Position numbers and translations under genes: made by a program
Assembly: GCA_964643045.1 (NCBI GenBank)
Contig: CAZXSC010000005.1
Coordinates: 1-63,233 of the forward strand
Direction: 5' to 3'
DNA length: 63,233 nt
Source: an uncultured Rhodospirillaceae bacterium
Lineage (GTDB): Bacteria; Pseudomonadota; Alphaproteobacteria; Rhodospirillales; UBA2165
Shown: positions 61,867-63,233 of the stretch, one piece after another
Layout of the letters: each line of letters starts with the position of its first letter
Numbering within the stretch: position 1 is the stretch's first letter
The notes under the pieces: generated by a model
The model's input: only the letters and a program-made list of their open reading frames with translations
What the model was told of the DNA's origin: nothing
The model's database searches: none

Positions 61867-63039
61867 TTACCTGTGTAAATTAGAAGCTATCCGCAAGGGA
61901 ATCACTGTAAGCATTCCCGAAAACATTAACGCAACCGCCAAGGGAAATTGGGTCCCATCCGATGCCAAACTAAGAATTAGCGATGTGAAAGCCCCAAATC
62001 CCAATTGAATAAGACCTACCAAAGATGACGCTTTGCCAGCCATCTCGGGGAATGGCGACATGGCTTCCGCAGTTGCCGCCGATACCACGAGGGGGAAGCC
62101 GATCATGAAACCTGCAGCGGGAAAAACAATAGTTAAAGGGTTAACTATCTCAAATAATGCTATAATATAAGCTATTATACCTGATACAAAGCAAATTATT
62201 CCACCTGTAAGAATTAATTTGAAGCTACTTAGAGAGTTCGACAGTTTTCCAGCAAGCATGGATGCCAAAAGGTTTCCTGCCATGATGATAGCAAAGTAAT
62301 AGCCAAAAATAGACGTGCTAATTCCCATGAAGTCAATCAACACCGATGATAGTCCAGCTAATATGCAGAGTAATCCAGCAAATGGTCCTAGGGTGATAAA
62401 TGTAAAACAAATAAATATCTTGGATTTAAATAGTATTTTAAAGCTTTTGACGATTTCCGATGGTTCCAAGGCCTTTAAATCCGGCTTACCCGTCTCTTTT
62501 AACCATACAGCTAATAATAAAGTTAGAACTAGACCAAACCCGGCTATTATATAAAAGTTATATTTCCAGCCAAATAACTCTGTCACATGTCCACCTATAA
62601 TAGGTGCTAATATCGGCATTAGGCTACTGCCAGCCATTGTATATGCAAACATTTTTGTCGCAGCAGCCCCACCATAAAGGTCTCTTACAATTGCCCGTAC
62701 GATTATCATTCCCCCAGCGCCGGTAACTCCCTGAAGAAATCTTGCAAAGCTATGGGAGTTTGGTGTGGATGTGTACACAGTTACAAAACTAACTACAGTA
62801 AAAATTAGCATCGTAACTACTATTACTAGTTTTCTTCCAAACCGATCAGCCAATGGACCATAAATAATTTGGCCAAAGGCAGCTCCAAAGAAAAGAAAAG
62901 AAATTGTCTGCTGGATTCTGCCGGTTTCTGCGCCATAATATCGTGCAATATCTGGGATTGCCGGAAGACAAATGTCGGTGACGAGCGGCATGATGACCGA
63001 CAGTCCGCTAAATATTACTAGAGCTCTCCAAAAAGACAT
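61867..63039 (-). CDS. Bcr/CflA-type (DHA1) MFS transporter
   Basis: TDICLPAIP, GPLADRFGRKLV, RAIVRDLY and MAGKASSLVG motifs. Confidence 0.93.
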   Translation of the reverse strand: MSFWRALVIFSGLSVIMPLVTDICLPAIPDIARYYGAETGRIQQTISFLFFGAAFGQIIYGPLADRFGRKLVIVVTMLIFTVVSFVTVYTSTPNSHSFARFLQGVTGAGGMIIVRAIVRDLYGGAAATKMFAYTMAGSSLMPILAPIIGGHVTELFGWKYNFYIIAGFGLVLTLLLAVWLKETGKPDLKALEPSEIVKSFKILFKSKIFICFTFITLGPFAGLLCILAGLSSVLIDFMGISTSIFGYYFAIIMAGNLLASMLAGKLSNSLSSFKLILTGGIICFVSGIIAYIIALFEIVNPLTIVFPAAGFMIGFPLVVSAATAEAMSPFPEMAGKASSLVGLIQLGFGAFTSLILSLASDGTQFPLAVALMFSGMLTVIPLRIASNLHR

Positions 63040-63142
63040 TCTTCATAATCTTTAGTTATGACACGCAACGTTTTAATCCGGTTTGTATTAATTTTGAACG
63101 AGTCAGAAAAGTTTCGGTAAACAACCAAATAACCTAAGAAAA

Positions 63143-63232
63143 TGGCGGAGAGGGTGGGATTCGAACCCACGAAACGCTTGCACGCTTGCCAGTTTTCAAG
63201 ACTGGTGCCTTCAACCACTCGGCCACCTCTCC
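63143..63232 (-). tRNA. tRNA-Ser (anticodon TGA)
   Basis: GGAGAGG acceptor stem, CCAGT-CT-TGA-AA-ACTGG anticodon arm, long variable arm, GTTCGAATC T-loop and encoded CCA end; 90 nt. Confidence 0.98.
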
Positions 63233-63233
63233 T

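Noticed and set aside
63018-63218. 66-aa minus-strand ORF
   Set aside because: Overlaps the tRNA-Ser gene and the MFS start; spurious translation of tRNA sequence.
63143-63232. tRNA with long variable arm near TGA-containing genes, considered as tRNA-Sec (selC) or an opal suppressor
   Set aside because: The anticodon is TGA (reads UCA, Ser), not TCA, and the acceptor stem is the ordinary 7 bp. It is a normal tRNA-Ser.

Overview
AT-rich alphaproteobacterial chromosome segment. Gene order and an alpha-type LexA box suggest a Rhodospirillales-like lineage (inference). The first ~52 kb is core housekeeping: the end of dnaE; rpsB-tsf-pyrH-frr-uppS-cdsA-dxr-rseP-bamA-skp-lpxD-fabZ-lpxA-lpxI-lpxB-gloA; gltA, gltX, lexA, moeA, moaC, trpC, trpD, ppiD; tpiA-secG-pyrG-kdsA-eno-ftsB; the pyruvate dehydrogenase cluster with lipA; an M23 peptidase-bactofilin pair; slt, dapA, smpB, thrH, folK and rpoZ. 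The last ~11 kb, between rpoZ and tRNA-Ser(TGA), is accessory. Its most notable content is two divergently transcribed genes that the ORF track splits at in-frame TGA codons. Each TGA sits in a redox motif and is followed by a SECIS-like hairpin: a PrdB/GrdB-family protein (U-P-Q-C, 408 aa, long C-terminal extension) and an AhpD-like protein (C-S-Y-U, 219 aa). This looks like a stand-alone two-selenoprotein redox module. Next to it are a Rieske oxygenase pseudogene in which two adjacent blocks (39 and 36 nt) appear exactly swapped, a candidate 27-aa membrane peptide, four Bcr/CflA-type MFS transporters, a short MetE-like enzyme and a PaaK-like CoA ligase. Also unusual: the PDH E2 subunit lacks a lipoyl domain. 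All calls come from reading motifs by eye; no searches were run.
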